Part shown: piece by piece, positions 1 to 11,784 of the stretch | Layout of the letters: every line of letters starts with the position of its first letter | Position numbering within the stretch: position 1 is the first letter of the stretch | NCBI GenBank assembly: GCA_020184695.1 | Contig: JAANOX010000261.1 | Location: 156,178 to 220,177, forward strand | Direction of reading: 5' to 3' | DNA length: 64,000 nt | From: Histomonas meleagridis 2922-C6/04-290x | Lineage: Eukaryota > Protista > Parabasalia | The notes under the pieces: generated by a model | What the model was told of the DNA's origin: nothing | Databases searched by the model: none | Seen by the model: the letters and a program-made list of their open reading frames with translations, nothing else | Made by a program: the position numbers and the translations under genes

Positions 1-1877
1 TTTGTATATAACTTTGATGTATATATAAGATTATAGATGTAACATAATGATTTTTGTATTGATATAAAAGGAATCGTTGATAATAACTTTAACATGGGAA
101 GAAAATCATTAAAAAAGTCTAAATAAAATTGTGATAACATTAAATTTTGATTTGATTTAGGGAAATTTCTTAACATTGCACTGATTATATTTAGATAATA
201 TTCAATCATCTCGATTGATTGATTTTGTAAGTTTTGGAAACTTTGTATAATAACATTTTTAATTATTATACCAATTTGAATATTTATTGATTCATTACTT
301 AAGTTCCCAATTAAATATAAAAAACCAGGAATGAGATAAATGAAATCTGTTTCTTTTGGCGCTTTTAATATTTCTAAAAATATATTAATGTTATCGATTT
401 TGCTCACATAATTATAATATTTTGAAGACAAAAAATAAAACGTTTTTGATGTTTTTTCTGGATTTTCATTATAACTTTTTAAAATTAACATTAAATAATT
501 CGGAATGAAATTAATTTCAATTTTTCCATATTTACATGAATTATATATAAATAAAAGTATAAAATTTGTTGGAAGTTCTGTTTGAAATAAAAATTGATTT
601 AATTGATGAATGAATTCATCATCTAAAATCTTTAATGAATATGTTGCTAGTATAAAATATGCAAATGAAAATTCATTTGTTACACTTCTTAATAACATAA
701 TCATTTTGTTCGGGATTTCTCGATTTATTTCTTCGATTGGTCCTTCAAAGATTGAAATAGGAAAACTAGAGTTTATACCCGTTACAAATAATTGGATTAT
801 CATTGGAAATATTTCGTTAATTGGATGATTTTCGTATGAAAAAAATGGCAAAATAAAATGAACAAGTGATGAATATATTAACTTCCAATTCTCATAATCA
901 CCTGAAAAAATAAAACAACAACTAAAAAACTCTTGCATTGTAGCCATTATTTGTCCTTGAAATTGAATTTCATATAAATTTAAATCATCAAGTTGAAGAA
1001 ATGAGATCCATAATGGTAAAAGTAAAGTATCAGCTACTTCACTTGAACTAATATTTTGACGAATTACCGAAGAATAATCGGTCATAAATCCAATAAATTC
1101 AAGTAAAAATGAAAAATCATATTTCGAAATGGATAAAACCGTAATAAAAACATCAATAACCGCTTCCGCATATTCAAAATTATGTATCGTCATTTGAATT
1201 TGTGCATAAAAAAATCTGATGTTTTGGTAATAGTTTTGATCTCTAACTAATGCATGAAGCAAACGAATCCAATCAATAGATATCTGATTTTGTTGGAGAA
1301 GAGAAAAACCAAAGTCAATCATATGATCTTGGATTAATTCTGGAATTCTTGATTTTTTGACAAAAAATTCTTGTTTTTCTTCAAAAAAAAGAGCAAAAAA
1401 TCGAATTTTATATGGAAGAGATAGTTGATCAATAAAATCAAAATAAAATTCTCCTGTTAAAGTAAAAATATCAGCAATTAAAATCATTGTGTACAAAACA
1501 TTAACAAGCTCTAGATTTTGAGGTAGCTGTTGTAATAGGTATTGAAGAGTAACAAATAATGATTGAATTTGTCCAGAAGAAAATGATTCAATATTATTTC
1601 TTACTTGGTGTTGAATTGCTTTTAATGCAACGAACAATACCTTTTGATATAGTTCATTTTCCTTTACGTAATTAACAAAAATAAAAATGCAATCATCAAT
1701 TGTATTTTCATTATTTTGCCAAGCAAACAGATCATCTGTTGCTGCTTGTATATTTTTATTTTCCTGTGTACCATCAAACATTATTGATACTATTGAAATA
1801 ATATGTTGAACTCTTTCTCTTGTTTCATCATCCCCCATTATAGGCGGACGTTTAGTTGAAGAATCGTCACTTTTCAT
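1..1877 (-). CDS. Helical-repeat (ARM/HEAT, possibly karyopherin-beta-like) protein, 3' end runs off the window
   Basis: Not in the ORF track. ATG at 1877 gives MKSDDSSTKRPPIMGDDETRERVQHII...; I read the frame by hand and found it open down to base 3 (...LDFFNDFLPMLKLLSTIPFISIQKSLCYIYNLIYTSKLYT). Composition is I/L/F-rich and helical. The product call is inference. Confidence 0.6.
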   Translation of the reverse strand, partial: MKSDDSSTKRPPIMGDDETRERVQHIISIVSIMFDGTQENKNIQAATDDLFAWQNNENTIDDCIFIFVNYVKENELYQKVLFVALKAIQHQVRNNIESFSSGQIQSLFVTLQYLLQQLPQNLELVNVLYTMILIADIFTLTGEFYFDFIDQLSLPYKIRFFALFFEEKQEFFVKKSRIPELIQDHMIDFGFSLLQQNQISIDWIRLLHALVRDQNYYQNIRFFYAQIQMTIHNFEYAEAVIDVFITVLSISKYDFSFLLEFIGFMTDYSSVIRQNISSSEVADTLLLPLWISFLQLDDLNLYEIQFQGQIMATMQEFFSCCFIFSGDYENWKLIYSSLVHFILPFFSYENHPINEIFPMIIQLFVTGINSSFPISIFEGPIEEINREIPNKMIMLLRSVTNEFSFAYFILATYSLKILDDEFIHQLNQFLFQTELPTNFILLFIYNSCKYGKIEINFIPNYLMLILKSYNENPEKTSKTFYFLSSKYYNYVSKIDNINIFLEILKAPKETDFIYLIPGFLYLIGNLSNESINIQIGIIIKNVIIQSFQNLQNQSIEMIEYYLNIISAMLRNFPKSNQNLMLSQFYLDFFNDFLPMLKLLSTIPFISIQKSLCYIYNLIYTSKLYT

Positions 1878-2736
1878 AAACATTACATATTCATTCTATT
1901 GTCTTTTTGCTAATTTCTCTATTTCTCCGAATATTAGTCAAAACCACAGTTTCAAGCTAGCTTTATTCTGAAATTGTTTTTGAGAACGATATTGGCTGAT
2001 TTTCATTCGTCCACTCATTCAAATTTGACTTCGAATCGCTTGAGCATGTGAAATGATTTCAACTTATTGAGGAAAAAATTATCTATTTTTCACCTAGGAT
2101 TTATTTTTCGCCGAATGCAAAAAATAAATCCAAACTTTGATAAATATTAGTTATGCTTTTATATCTTTATTAATTTTTAAATTCTTCTCAATAATATTCT
2201 GGATTTTGTTAAATTTTGTAAATTCTCATTATTCTAAAAAACAATATCATTTTATTTAGAAATTTGAAATTGAAGAAATATAAAATAAGTTGTAAAAACT
2301 ATTATAATATTATAATGTCATATTTATACTAAATTTTTTATGAATAACTTTAGAAAATATTATATGGAAATTATTTATTATCCTTTATGTGATGTAAAAT
2401 GAAATAATACTTTTGACATTGAGTTCGATTATTCTTTCTGCAAGAAGTAATTTGGCTAAAACTGTATGACCTTTTTTAGAAGTTATCATATGTTATAAAT
2501 TATTGTAAGAATTTCCAAATATTATTTATATATATATTAAATTTTAAAAACTAATTTAAGTACTATTGTACTTCGTGAATATATGTATGAAACTAAAAAA
2601 TAGAAGGGTTTTTTGACATTACCCGCTTTACAAATTTTTTGGAAATCCCTATTTTGAGCGTAAAAAATTTTATGGGCTTAAAAAGATGCTATACTTGGAA
2701 CATTATAAATGGTTCCAAAATCTATAATAAGTTAAG

Positions 2737-3495
2737 TTGGTTGACTCTGTCAATTCAAGGCAAATAGTAGCACTTTTGTGTGTACAAAATCATTCGACAT
2801 TTGAAAAAGCATATGAAACAGCAATTAAATTTCATCGAAATGATATCTTTAAATATATTTATGAAAATGAAAATATATCAAATGCTGATGAAAAAATCAA
2901 TGATTTAGCATGCATTAATGAGGATAATTATGAAATTTTAACATTTTTAGAAGAAAAAGGAATTAATGTTAATGCTGATAATATAAGCGAATCAGCAAGA
3001 AATGGAAATTTATATCTCTTGGAGTATTTTCTTCAAAATAATCAAATTCCGAAAGATATTTTATTATTTGCTTCAGAATCAGGAAATATTGAACTTGTGA
3101 AATATGTTTTAGAGCAAAAAGGAATTGATGTTAATGCGACAAATATTCATTTTGACAATTTGATATATGTTTTAATAATTTGAAACAGCACTTCATAAAA
3201 TGCAAAAGATATTTATTTTAATAATTTGGAATATGTTTTAATAATTTTATATATGTTTTAATAATATTTGACAGCAATTCAAATTGCACATCAAAATGGT
3301 TATACCATCATAGAAAATCTACTTCTTGAAAAAGGTGCAAAAGAAAATTCTATTTCAGAATCTACTTCTCTGAATGCTACTTCTTGTCTTTCGATAAGTA
3401 ATGAGAATAGTTTTACAGATAAACAAAGCCAACTCGAATTCAAGTGTATAAAGAATACAATAAAAAGGAAAATATCAAAACAAAAGTTAATATAA
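2737..3495 (+). pseudogene. DUF3447-type ankyrin-repeat gene, interrupted
   Basis: AYETAIKFHRNDIFKYIYEN (parabasalid DUF3447-like), ankyrin motifs SARNGNLYLLEY, ASESGNIELVKYVLEQKGIDVNA, ETALH and TAIQIAHQNGYTIIENLLLEKGA, broken by AT-rich inserts and stops. Confidence 0.7.
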
Positions 3496-3872
3496 GCACT
3501 CAAACTTATGAAAATCAACAAAGTCACAAAATATATTGTATAAATATACTCATGGAAGTACATATAAAAATAATGTTATAAAATGACTTGTAAAAAATGT
3601 CAATAACATCAAATCATCAATTTCAACAAGAAATAGAAATGAAGTGTATATTGCTAACAATCAAAATCAACAAATGTTCGCATAAAACAATCGAAAGAAA
3701 AGTATCAAAACAAAAGTTGATATAACATACAACATATGAAAATCGTCAAAATCACAATATGCATTATAACAAACATACTCACAAAGCAAAATGTAAATAC
3801 ATAAACAAAGAATAATAAAAATGTGTACTCATAAACAAATAACTTTCCTACAGCGACATGCTTAAGCATACA

Positions 3873-4121
3873 TTAAATAGATATATTAGAATTTACCAAA
3901 GTAAATATCATTTCGATGAAATTCAGTGATGGTTTTATTTTTTGATTAAAATCGATATTTGTTTGTGATGATATTTCTTGAAGTTTTTCTATATCATCAT
4001 TCCGAATTATTGTTGCTATTTCATTTTGATTAACTCCTTCTTTTGTATTATTTCTGATGAAGTGCAAAATCATTTTGTATAAAAGAATCAATATCATCTC
4101 TTTTAAAAAAATAAAATCCAA
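3873..4121 (-). pseudogene. Fragment of a DUF3447/ankyrin family gene
   Basis: KEGVNQNEIATIIRNDDIEKLQEISSQTNIDFNQKIKPS resembles the linker preceding DUF3447 in parabasalid ankyrin proteins; only a fragment is present. Confidence 0.5.
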
Positions 4122-4144
4122 GATTTACATAATAATTTAATGAT

Positions 4145-5457
4145 ATGTTAAAAAAAACTATTTTATTTTTCCTTGAAGATGATACAATTCAAATTCTTGA
4201 GCCACAACAAAAGAATTCTGGCATCCCGCAAGGCACATTTCTCCGACGACATCGCGCTTGTAAGGATGATGATTCCTATGTCACCATTGCTGATTTTACT
4301 GTTGGTGGTGAATTCACATTATATGGCCGTATATTTTTTATTTCAAGTTGTGATGACATAACACGTGAATTCATGGAAAAGCTCAATCGTCCAATGGGAG
4401 ATCTTTCCACAGTTCCTGATGATCCATACATTCAAAAACGTACGTTAAATGAATATGCCGAAACACATCGCCAACGCGGAGTTGTCAAACCCGAAATGTT
4501 AAAGCTTCGACAGTTCTTAGCTAATGATGGTCATGTCTTACGATTTTATGCATATTGGTATTACCATTAAGTGAAAATGATCCACGTTTTTTGTCTGCTG
4601 ATCATTACTATCGTCCATTAGATCTTAAGATTGGGTACACGATAAACATATTAAATCGTCCTATGTTTATCTATGACTGTGATCCATATACACGTAATTG
4701 GTATAAACAAAACTATGGATTCACTGATAAAGAGATGGAAAAGATTGAGACTCCTCAAACGAAAACTAAAGCGACAGTTAAAATGGAAATTCCACCACCA
4801 TCATTAATTGGTAATGATGAAGATACAATACGTAATGTAATGTCATTACATCCGAAGCCTGCACCTAAAGATCAAGTTAAACTTGTTACGAAAATGGGAC
4901 AAGTTTTACGTTTCACTGCTAAAATGATCACGCGAAATACAGTTGATGCATCATGACGATTTATTATTACGTTCTATTTAAGTGATGATACATTACAAAT
5001 ATTCGAACCACAACAAAGAAATAGCGGAATCATTGGCGGTAAGTTCTTACAAAGAGCGAAAATGAAGAACATTGATACAAATGAATACTTCAAGGCACAA
5101 GACTTCGAAGTAGGGAAAGTGATAACTGTTAATAACATTAAGTTCCAATTGCTCGAAGCAACTGAATACGCGTTGTCGTACATGGAGGCGGACCCTGATA
5201 ACTTCCCTCAGGCGGATTTGTTCGAAATCGTGAACAAGTTAAGGGCTGCGATTAGAGAGTCAGGGAAAATGCCTAAGAATTTGTTTAATAGATATAGCGC
5301 TGGAGGAAGAATGGACGTCGAAGGACTCCTCGATTTGGCAAAGGATGTAAGTTGTACAATGTCGTATCATGAGGCAGTAACAATAATGAGAAGATATCAA
5401 AATGATAATGATACCAAAACTTTCACATTACGTGAATTCCTTTTGTTCGCACAATAA
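4145..5457 (+). pseudogene. EFHC1/EFHC2 (Rib72)-like DM10-domain axonemal protein, 5'-truncated and disrupted
   Basis: Three DM10-like segments (FLEDDTIQILEPQQKNSGIPQGTFLRRH; VLRFYAYW...DLKIGYTINILNRPMFIYDCDPYTRNWY; VLRFTAKM...FYLSDDTLQIFEPQQRNSGIIGGKFL) and a C-terminal EF-hand-like region. The first DM10 lacks its start, there is a deletion plus frameshift near 4560, and an in-frame TGA at 4954-4956 (DAS*RFII). Confidence 0.8.
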
Positions 5458-5634
5458 ATTTTTTCTGCAAGCGTTCTAAAGACGTTTCTTATTTTAATAA
5501 TAACTTAATAATTTACATCATCTGCGAGAAAAAGAAATCAATGAGATCCATCACAAATAAATTTAATAACATCTGACTCATTTAATGCTTTAGAAAACGA
5601 TGTACAATTTCTATTGTAAAGTTTTCCTTTGTGG

Positions 5635-5656
5635 AAAAAAAAAAAAAAAAAAAAAA
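5635..5656 (+). repeat. Poly(A) tract (22 nt)
   Basis: A-run read directly; TAAA at 5617-5620 lies just upstream. Confidence 0.9.
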
Positions 5657-5835
5657 TTATAAATATCAATTTTATTGTAATTTTCTTGTTATTCTCTTTG
5701 TATTGATTTTTTCTTGTATATTATGAGATTTATTCAACGATGTTAAGCATAACTCCTTTAATTTTTTTTAGTATATTACTTCAGCTTACGTAAAAAATAA
5801 ATGATTAAAATATAAACACATTTTATACAAACAAA

Positions 5836-8800
5836 CTAAGTTGGTCTAATTAATTCATTTTTCAGTCTGTTTTCTTCTTTATCTTTATGCTCGATTTCCA
5901 TTAGCACCTTTTGTACTTCATGTGAATCCTTTCTTTCGACGATGTCTTTGATTTTCCCGTCATCCAACTGTTCCTTATTTGCCTTTCCGATTAATTCCAA
6001 TTTTTTAGTGTACGGCATCACTTGTTTTCTTTTATTATCATCATTCAGATTATCGAATTCTTCCAAATCTTCTTCTTCGCCATTAAAAGATATTTTATTA
6101 ATTCTCTTTACGAAGTCCATTGCATTTACTCTTGAAGATTTAAAAGGCGAATTCTTTGGCAAATTATTTATAATTTTATCATAGTTCGAATCAGACAATA
6201 ATGACATTGAACTTAATACTGCCATTAAATTTTTCTTTTCGATTTCGGACCACATTTTCCTTTGTTCCTCAAGTTTCTTTATCGACAATTGTTGATTCCT
6301 TAATATCAAGTTCAAGTGTGACTTTAATTCTTCATTCTCTGTTTCCTTTAATGCGTTTTCAGTCATTTTCGTTATGTTTAATCTTTGTAACTTTTCCTTT
6401 TTAATTCGTTCTTTTTCTTTGTTAACATTATTTATATTATTTATCGATTTCGTTACTGGTAATGTATAATTCTTTAACAAAAGAATTTGGCGTTTAAGTT
6501 GCTTAATTTCTTCATCACGTGATATTAATTCTTTAAAACATATATCTAAACGTGACTTTAAGTTCTCGCAATGGATTTCCGACCGCTTTAAATCATCGAT
6601 ATGTTTTATATTATCGACTTTTAATCGATGATTATTTATCATTAAATCATTGACTTTCTCGCGTAACTCAATGATATTCGAATCCTTTTTCTCATTAATT
6701 TCTTGTAACTTATGAATTTGATCTTTTAACTTAGTAATGGCTTTAAGTGCTTCATTCGATGTTGAATTAATAATTTGTTGTTGTCGTAATATTGTTCCTG
6801 AAACTGATTGAATCGGTTTCGTCGTTGTTTGTGCTTCGTTAGGTGGAATTACAATTGGCTTCTTTTCCTTAACAACTTGGTTCTGATGTACAACAAGTGT
6901 AATACGTAATGGCGCTGGTGGATTCGCTTCGAGTGAGCCGGGAACAAGCGGAGGAACGTCGACATTTTTACTATTTGTTGTTACATGTGCAGGTGACGAA
7001 GCATTTGCATTAGTTGTTGTATGTGCAGGTGACAAAGCATTTGCATTAGTTGTTGCATGTACAGGTGACGAAGTTCTTTCATTATTATTATTATTAATGT
7101 TAATGTTTTGCGTATAACTACTTAATATGTCGGGAAGATTTTCGATGTTTTGTTTTGTTGCTTCTGTTTGATTTTCATAATTTATAAGTTGCATCGATGT
7201 ACGAAGTGGTTTAATGTTACCATGAACACCTCTGATTTGTCGTTGACCTTGTTTGGCGCCACCGATAGTTAATGATTGATCAATATTTTCATTATCTTTA
7301 TTATTATTTGTATTGTTATGTAATGAAGGTGGATGCTTTAAACGTAATTGAGTTTTAGGCGTTTTACTTTGCGGATTTTTATTATCACTAATTGTTGGGA
7401 TTCGTAACTTCTTCTTTTTGCTCCATTGAAGTGGCTGATGTACAGTATGAGGAACAATTTCGAAGTTTTGCGGTGTGAGATCATTCATAATCTTTTCGAT
7501 GTTTGTCGAAAAAGTTTCAAAACTTTGATCAAAGTCATCGATTTCTTCTGAGTTATTTATATTATTTAAATTTATTTGTGAGTTTTGTTGTTGAATATCA
7601 TTTTGTTCTTCTTGTTTTATATTTATATCTGATGTTATTTCAGTGGATTTATCATTTTGTAATAAATTATTTTCTTCGTTTTGAATTGGTTCAATAATTT
7701 CATCGATTTTTTGATTTTTGTTTTCATTTTCTTCTAATTTATCATTTATTAATTCTTCTTCTTTATCATTTTGTATATTTTGTTGTTTAATTATTTCTTT
7801 TTCGAAATTGTTTTGATTTTTTGTTGATGAATTTTTAGTTTTTCGTGGAGAATTTTCTTTTTGATTTTTTGTTATTGTTTGAACTTCATTAATTTCTTCT
7901 TTATCTTTCACAAAATTACATTGTATACATTTATCAGATGTATCTTTAGAAGGTATTTCATTATCAATTGGATTCTTAAATAACGAATTTTGTATTGACA
8001 TTTCTTCAATTGTATTTAACGCTTTTTGATGTTCGTTTTGTAATTTCGTAATTTCTTTTTCTAATTCCATATTACGTGTAACTAATTGTATATTTTGTGC
8101 AAGTGTTTTTTCCATTTCTTTGTTTTGTTCTTGTCCTTTCTTTAAGTCTTGTTCACGTTCATAACGTAATTTCTTTAATTCAACATCATTAAATATTTGT
8201 TCAATATCTTTTGAGTTATAATTTTTCGAATTAATTTCATCGTTTTGTATTAATTCATTAATTTGATTCTTTAGCACTAAAATCGAATCTTCAGCTTTAG
8301 TTAAAGAGATTTCGTTATCTTCTGCTTGTGCTTTATACATATCTCTTTGTGCTTGAGTAGTTTCAATGATTGTTTTCATGTTCGAAATTTGTTCTTTTAA
8401 TTGTTTGATATCAATTACTTTATTATCATTTGTTATGTTATTAAATATCTCATTCATATTATCAAGTTGTGTCTTAAGTGCAGATTCATCAATTTGTTTT
8501 ATTTCTGTTCGTTCTTTAAGTTTATTCATTAATTGAATATTTCGCGTTGTCAACATTTCATTTTTAATTTTTTCTGATTCGATTTCTTGTTGAAGTTTAT
8601 TTCTTTGTTTTCTAATTCTCTTTAAATCACTAATTAATTTGTTATTATTATTATTATCATTAATTTCTTCTTCTTGAGGAATTTCAATTGTTGGAATTTG
8701 TGTATTGTTTTTAATTCCGGACATAAATTCTTTTGAATTTATAATAATTTTATTTATTTCTTCTTCATTTATGTCTTTGTTTTCAATAAGTTTTGTTTCA

Positions 8801-11784
8801 ACTTGCTTTATGTTATTTAATATTTCATCTTTCATAATTAATGAGTTGGAATCTTTAATTAGTCCAAGATTATCTAATACTTCAAATGATGATTCGATCT
8901 TTTGAAGGTTTTCAAGTTGTGTAATTGATGATGGTATTGTTGGATCATTTCTTTGCGTTGATATTTCATTTATTATTTCTTGTTGGATTTCAATTTCTTG
9001 TTTATTCTTTTCGTTTTGTAATACAATAAATTGATTCTTCAAATTATCATAATTCGATTTCATTTTATTTAAATATTTAATTAACGTATCGTTCGATGTT
9101 AATAAATTTGTAATTTTCGTGTTTTGTTGATCAAGTTCATTTTTGTTTTGTTTAATTCGTTGAATAAATGAATAATGCGTTTCATCTTTAGGATTTAAAT
9201 TTGTTATATATGAATCATATCCAATAATATTCACATTAATATCATTTAATATTTTGTTTGTGTCTTCGTTATATCCATTAATATAATGATTTAATGATTG
9301 TATTAAATGTAATGAACTTGTGTATGGATCGCCAGGAATTTCTTTGTAAATAATTTCGGAATTTTTGATTTGATTTGTTTTATCTTTTTCATTATTTGAA
9401 ACATTTTCACTTTTATTATTATTTTGTCCTTTTGTTTCTATATTTGTTATTTCATTGTTATTTTGTTGCGTCTGTTCTTTATTTGTAATTGAAACATATG
9501 AAACTGTTTCATTGTTATTATTGTTTTGTTTTTCATTAACATTATTTTGTTTCTGTTCTTCACTTGGAAACGTTACATGTAGTGTTGTTTCATTGTTATT
9601 ATTTTGTTCTTCGTTTGGAAACGTAACATGTGGAATAGTTTCATTAACATTATCAATTATTGTTTGCGATGATGTTAAAGATGATTTCGACTGATTTCTT
9701 CTATTACGCATTTCTTGTATTTGTTCTTTATCATATTGTTGATAAATTTTTTGTTGTTTAATTGGTTTAAGTTCTTCAAGTTCAGTATCAACATTTAAAG
9801 AAGCAGTGATTTCTGATATTATATCACTATGATTTTCTTCTTCTTTTTCAACTTTTTCATTTTTTATTTCTGTTTTTTCTTCTTTTAATTTTGGAATTTC
9901 AAGTTGAACTTTTGGCGGCGTATTTACAATTATAATTTTAGGTTCCGAATTTTCGACATTTTCTTCATTATTAACTTCAATAACATTTAAATTGGAATAT
10001 TTCAAAAATATATTTTGATTTTGTATTTTTTGATATATCAATGGTTCACTTAAAGTAATTTTAGTTGAAATTTGTTCTTTAGTTTCAGGCGTTTGTTTTG
10101 TTATAATTATTGTTGGAGGAGGTTCATATTTATCAGTGATAATTCCAATTTCTGAATAAGAAATCGATTGAACGTTTTGATATTCTTTAATTTCTTTTAT
10201 AGGAACGACATTAACTTCATTAAATATAATACTTTTTGTTAATTTTGTTTTTTTAATTTCATTTTCTTTACTTTGCTTTACATTGTTATTAATATTTTTG
10301 TTTTCGTTTTTAAGTGTTTGTATTTCATTGCGTAATTCGATGATTTTATTACGTAATTCTTCAATACGTTCATTCGATTCTTTTATAGGAATTGTCGGCT
10401 CATTTTCATTTAAATCATTTACGACTTCTTCAATAGTATTATTCATTCCTTCGAATGTATTAGAAACGTCGTTAATTAAATCTTCGATTTTATTTTTTGG
10501 GTTTTCATCATTTTTCATTTCTAACATTTTCTCTTGTATTTCCATTAGTTTTTCTCTCATTTGTTTTTGTGCATCTGTTGCTACTTTTTCTATTTTCTTT
10601 TTGTAATATCGTTTTTGATTCTTTAATGCCCAATTACTTTGTTCTTCCATTTCATCTTTCATTATTTTATATTTCATTGCGTAATCTTCGAATTCTTTAA
10701 AATTATCGTTTTTTATAATTTGTTTTTGAATAATATTATTATCATTTTTATCTTCTTCAACTTCATCATTTTCATTAGTTTCAATTCCTAATTGTTTCTT
10801 TAAGTTTTGATTTTCGATTTTTTTGTTTTGAAGATTATTATTAATTTTAGTGATTTGATTTTCATATTCATTAATTATTTTGTTGTTTTCTTCATTTAAC
10901 TTTAATACTTTTTCATTAAACTCATTCTCAATTTGTATCTTTTTGCTCGTGATCTCTGAGTTTATGTCATCTTTCTTCATTATTAAATCCATTTCATGTT
11001 GCGAATTTAACGTTTTAATGCGGTTTTCATATTGTCGTGTTAATAATGTAACTTTACCGGCCCATTCTTCAATGATGTTTTGTCGCTGTGTTTCAAATTC
11101 TTTTTTAAGTTCTTCGATTTGTTTTTCGGCTTCATCGGAAATTGATTTGATTAACGCTTGGGAATTTCCATCGCCTATTTCTTTTAAGATCCGTTCACGT
11201 TCTTGTGATAACTTTTTACGACTTAACTCTTGAACTTGAAAGATTTCTTGCCGATGAATATTATTGATTTCTCGAATTTCATTTTGATGCTTCATTTGTA
11301 ATTCATATAGTTCACTTCGATTGGTCGTTGATTGGTCATTAATGTTTTTGTTCGATGATAACGCTTTGGTCCTTTCATCGACTAAATTTTGTAAATGTTT
11401 TTGAATTGATGTACTTAACTCTTCTTTTTCTTCTTCTGTTTGATTGAGCTTCTTTTGAAGATCTTCACTGATTTCATTCTGCTTTTGGATTTTGTTTTGT
11501 AAATCTTGGATTTTTTTCTTTAAATCTTCAATTGTAGATTCTTGGATTGATGGTTTAGATTCATTTTTTGGAGTGACAACAGGAAGTGATTGGTCACCAC
11601 TTGATTTTTCTATGTCTTCCCAAAATTCATTTTCTTTAGTTTCATTAAAATACCATCCATCAGGAAGTGAAGATTTTGATTTGGCATCTTTCGGATTTGT
11701 ATTTATTGCTAATGGACGATGCCTTGCGAGCCCAACCTTGTTAGCTACTGCTGAATTTTGCAACAGTGCTGCAGAGTCGCTCAT
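5836..11784 (-). CDS. Large coiled-coil, low-complexity protein (1982 aa)
   Basis: Long intact ORF, E/K/N/Q-rich heptads, no recognisable catalytic motif. Confidence 0.85.
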   Translation of the reverse strand: MSDSAALLQNSAVANKVGLARHRPLAINTNPKDAKSKSSLPDGWYFNETKENEFWEDIEKSSGDQSLPVVTPKNESKPSIQESTIEDLKKKIQDLQNKIQKQNEISEDLQKKLNQTEEEKEELSTSIQKHLQNLVDERTKALSSNKNINDQSTTNRSELYELQMKHQNEIREINNIHRQEIFQVQELSRKKLSQERERILKEIGDGNSQALIKSISDEAEKQIEELKKEFETQRQNIIEEWAGKVTLLTRQYENRIKTLNSQHEMDLIMKKDDINSEITSKKIQIENEFNEKVLKLNEENNKIINEYENQITKINNNLQNKKIENQNLKKQLGIETNENDEVEEDKNDNNIIQKQIIKNDNFKEFEDYAMKYKIMKDEMEEQSNWALKNQKRYYKKKIEKVATDAQKQMREKLMEIQEKMLEMKNDENPKNKIEDLINDVSNTFEGMNNTIEEVVNDLNENEPTIPIKESNERIEELRNKIIELRNEIQTLKNENKNINNNVKQSKENEIKKTKLTKSIIFNEVNVVPIKEIKEYQNVQSISYSEIGIITDKYEPPPTIIITKQTPETKEQISTKITLSEPLIYQKIQNQNIFLKYSNLNVIEVNNEENVENSEPKIIIVNTPPKVQLEIPKLKEEKTEIKNEKVEKEEENHSDIISEITASLNVDTELEELKPIKQQKIYQQYDKEQIQEMRNRRNQSKSSLTSSQTIIDNVNETIPHVTFPNEEQNNNNETTLHVTFPSEEQKQNNVNEKQNNNNNETVSYVSITNKEQTQQNNNEITNIETKGQNNNKSENVSNNEKDKTNQIKNSEIIYKEIPGDPYTSSLHLIQSLNHYINGYNEDTNKILNDINVNIIGYDSYITNLNPKDETHYSFIQRIKQNKNELDQQNTKITNLLTSNDTLIKYLNKMKSNYDNLKNQFIVLQNEKNKQEIEIQQEIINEISTQRNDPTIPSSITQLENLQKIESSFEVLDNLGLIKDSNSLIMKDEILNNIKQVETKLIENKDINEEEINKIIINSKEFMSGIKNNTQIPTIEIPQEEEINDNNNNNKLISDLKRIRKQRNKLQQEIESEKIKNEMLTTRNIQLMNKLKERTEIKQIDESALKTQLDNMNEIFNNITNDNKVIDIKQLKEQISNMKTIIETTQAQRDMYKAQAEDNEISLTKAEDSILVLKNQINELIQNDEINSKNYNSKDIEQIFNDVELKKLRYEREQDLKKGQEQNKEMEKTLAQNIQLVTRNMELEKEITKLQNEHQKALNTIEEMSIQNSLFKNPIDNEIPSKDTSDKCIQCNFVKDKEEINEVQTITKNQKENSPRKTKNSSTKNQNNFEKEIIKQQNIQNDKEEELINDKLEENENKNQKIDEIIEPIQNEENNLLQNDKSTEITSDINIKQEEQNDIQQQNSQINLNNINNSEEIDDFDQSFETFSTNIEKIMNDLTPQNFEIVPHTVHQPLQWSKKKKLRIPTISDNKNPQSKTPKTQLRLKHPPSLHNNTNNNKDNENIDQSLTIGGAKQGQRQIRGVHGNIKPLRTSMQLINYENQTEATKQNIENLPDILSSYTQNININNNNNERTSSPVHATTNANALSPAHTTTNANASSPAHVTTNSKNVDVPPLVPGSLEANPPAPLRITLVVHQNQVVKEKKPIVIPPNEAQTTTKPIQSVSGTILRQQQIINSTSNEALKAITKLKDQIHKLQEINEKKDSNIIELREKVNDLMINNHRLKVDNIKHIDDLKRSEIHCENLKSRLDICFKELISRDEEIKQLKRQILLLKNYTLPVTKSINNINNVNKEKERIKKEKLQRLNITKMTENALKETENEELKSHLNLILRNQQLSIKKLEEQRKMWSEIEKKNLMAVLSSMSLLSDSNYDKIINNLPKNSPFKSSRVNAMDFVKRINKISFNGEEEDLEEFDNLNDDNKRKQVMPYTKKLELIGKANKEQLDDGKIKDIVERKDSHEVQKVLMEIEHKDKEENRLKNELIRPT
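6985..7073 (-). repeat. 36-bp in-frame tandem repeat (about 2.5 copies) inside the coiled-coil gene
   Basis: atgtgcaggtgacgaagcatttgcattagttgttgt-like units start at 6985, 7021 and 7057; they encode TTNANA(L/S)SPAH. Confidence 0.85.

Noticed and set aside
610-828. 72-aa plus-strand ORF
   Set aside because: Antisense to the long minus-strand frame 1-1877.
3165-3190. Canonical GT...ACAG micro-intron in the ankyrin gene
   Set aside because: It would be about 20 nt, lacks the ACTAAC branch motif and would remove the conserved T-A of TALH.
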